A stretch of DNA of 17,539 nucleotides. It comes from an uncultured archaeon. GTDB lineage: Archaea; Asgardarchaeota; Lokiarchaeia; Sigyniarchaeales; SOKP01. The DNA lies in assembly GCA_964493715.1 (NCBI GenBank), contig CAZBPC010000069.1, positions 1-17,539 of the forward strand, read 5' to 3'. The translations under genes were made by a program, and so were the position numbers. Below are positions 16,351-17,539 of this stretch, piece by piece. The notes beneath the pieces are model-generated. The model made no database searches. It was given only the letters and a program-made list of their open reading frames with translations, and was not told the origin of the DNA. Numbering within the stretch: position 1 is the first letter of the stretch; each line of letters opens with the position of its first letter.

Positions 16351-16939
16351 GGATTTCTTTTAAATATCCTTTTGCTTTAGGCTTAGTTTTAGTTTTTTTT
16401 AATTTTTGACTCCAAGATTGTACAAACTTCTCATTTTCTACTAAATTCTCGAGCACACTTTTTCCCAAATGAATCCATTTCTCGATATCAATGTAAGGAT
16501 ATTTTTGATCTAATCCCTGACAATATTCATTTCCTTTAATAGTAATATTAATTTTAACACGTTTCTGGTTGTCATCAACATATTCAAATGTAAAAGGGAA
16601 TGTCCTGCAAAAATTAGGCCTTATCTTATAAATCCTACATTTACTTTCATTAGTATTATAGAAATAGCAAATTCCTTCTGGATTCTTCTTAAGTCCTGGA
16701 AATGATAATCCTCTTTCAGTCATAATTGGGGTTATTACCATCTTGGATATATCTGACTCGGTGATTTTATTCTCAAATATATAAAAACTGATAACTTCAA
16801 GTAATTCATCTAAAGTTAATTTTAATCCTTTAGATAAGCGAAATATGTCAGTATGAGTTACATTTACAAATGTATTTTTATCTGTACAACAAGATCCACA
16901 TCTAATGCAAGAAAATCTAAATTTTGGTAAATTGCTCAT
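16340..16939 (-). CDS. YkgJ-family CxxCxxCC cysteine-cluster (putative Zn/Fe-S) protein
   Basis: FSCIRCGSCC, then ICYFY...CRIY..RP..CRTFPF and YCQG. Confidence 0.9.
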   Translation of the reverse strand: MSNLPKFRFSCIRCGSCCTDKNTFVNVTHTDIFRLSKGLKLTLDELLEVISFYIFENKITESDISKMVITPIMTERGLSFPGLKKNPEGICYFYNTNESKCRIYKIRPNFCRTFPFTFEYVDDNQKRVKINITIKGNEYCQGLDQKYPYIDIEKWIHLGKSVLENLVENEKFVQSWSQKLKKTKTKPKAKGYLKEILNL

Positions 16940-16978
16940 ATAAGCAATAAATGGAATTAAAACAAATAAATCTTGAAC

Positions 16979-17539
16979 TTAATTTATATTAGGAATTATT
17001 ATTTTTTTATCAAGTAATGTTTCAATAGAATCAATGATCAAATCTTTATTATCTTCATGAACCGTTAATATTATATCTTCCAGGAAGAACTCCGATTTAT
17101 TTTTTGCTATTGAATAAATGGTATTTAAAATCCTTGTCTCCATTTTACTAAATTCAGTTTCCTTCCTTATAGTAGCAATGTATTTTGGATTATTAAGAAT
17201 AAACCCTTCCTTATAGAAGAAATCGAAATATTGATCAATAATAGAGGGGATTACTTTTTCAAACGATTCAATTGATCCATCCCAATCTTCAAGTATATCA
17301 GAATGGTTTAAGATAATACTGGTTGCAAGATTCGTTATAATCCCTTTTAAACGATCTGATGCCCTTTCTTGTAGAACTAGCACAATTCGTATTTGTTCAC
17401 GATCACAAATGAGACAATAGAAATATTTGAAATCTAATTCTATTAACCTTTCTATTCCCCCTGCGGTTTTTTTCACATTATTATCATCAATAATTCTTTT
17501 ACCTGCAATTTCTTCCCCTATAGTTGTAATAGCTTGAAT
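16979..17539 (-). CDS. C-terminal part of a longin + winged-helix protein, 5'-truncated by the window edge
   Basis: The frame stays open upstream of the track's GTG to the window end (IQAITTIGEEIAGKRIIDDNNVKKTAG...). Longin-like IELDFKYFYCLICDREQIRIVLVL...LEDWDGSIESF, then a wHTH-like tail ETRILNTI...IIDSIETLLDKKII. Confidence 0.75.
   Translation of the reverse strand: MQAITTIGEEIAGKRIIDDNNVKKTAGGIERLIELDFKYFYCLICDREQIRIVLVLQERASDRLKGIITNLATSIILNHSDILEDWDGSIESFEKVIPSIIDQYFDFFYKEGFILNNPKYIATIRKETEFSKMETRILNTIYSIAKNKSEFFLEDIILTVHEDNKDLIIDSIETLLDKKIIIPNIN

Noticed and set aside
1-17539. CRISPR arrays, tRNA/rRNA genes, IS elements, integrases, SECIS-dependent selenoprotein genes
   Set aside because: By eye I saw no regularly spaced direct repeats, GC-rich cloverleaf or rRNA-like segments, transposase or integrase motifs, or in-frame TGA inside a conserved domain. 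Covariance-model searches were not run.

Overview
AT-rich archaeal window, most likely from an Asgard archaeon (Lokiarchaeia-like). This is inferred from eL13, an archaeal-type NrdD scaffold and several small-GTPase, roadblock and longin genes. Housekeeping genes are hom, a bacterial-type thrC, a TIGR00725/LOG protein, an eL13-HhH fusion, a Trm9-like methyltransferase, a YkgJ-family protein, a transglutaminase-like membrane protein and a PD-(D/E)XK nuclease. Interleaved with them is a set of eukaryote-like signalling genes: (i) a Rag-like GTPase with a C-terminal roadblock domain (3794-4780); (ii) a zinc-ribbon/disordered-linker/roadblock protein (4930-5931); (iii) a second Rag-like GTPase fused to an N-terminal folliculin/SMCR8-like longin domain that keeps the 'DxxARG' arginine-finger motif (8961-10373); (iv) two longin + winged-helix proteins, one NPRL2-like (11833-12507). 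Directly upstream of (iii) is an intact but apparently catalytically dead class III ribonucleotide reductase homolog. It retains the ATP cone but has no active-site cysteines and no glycyl-radical domain. Together these suggest a candidate archaeal proto-Rag/Ragulator/FLCN/GATOR1 nutrient-sensing module, possibly with a pseudo-RNR nucleotide sensor. All family assignments come from motif recognition by eye and recalled reference sequences; no searches were run. No rRNA, tRNA, CRISPR array or mobile element was recognised.
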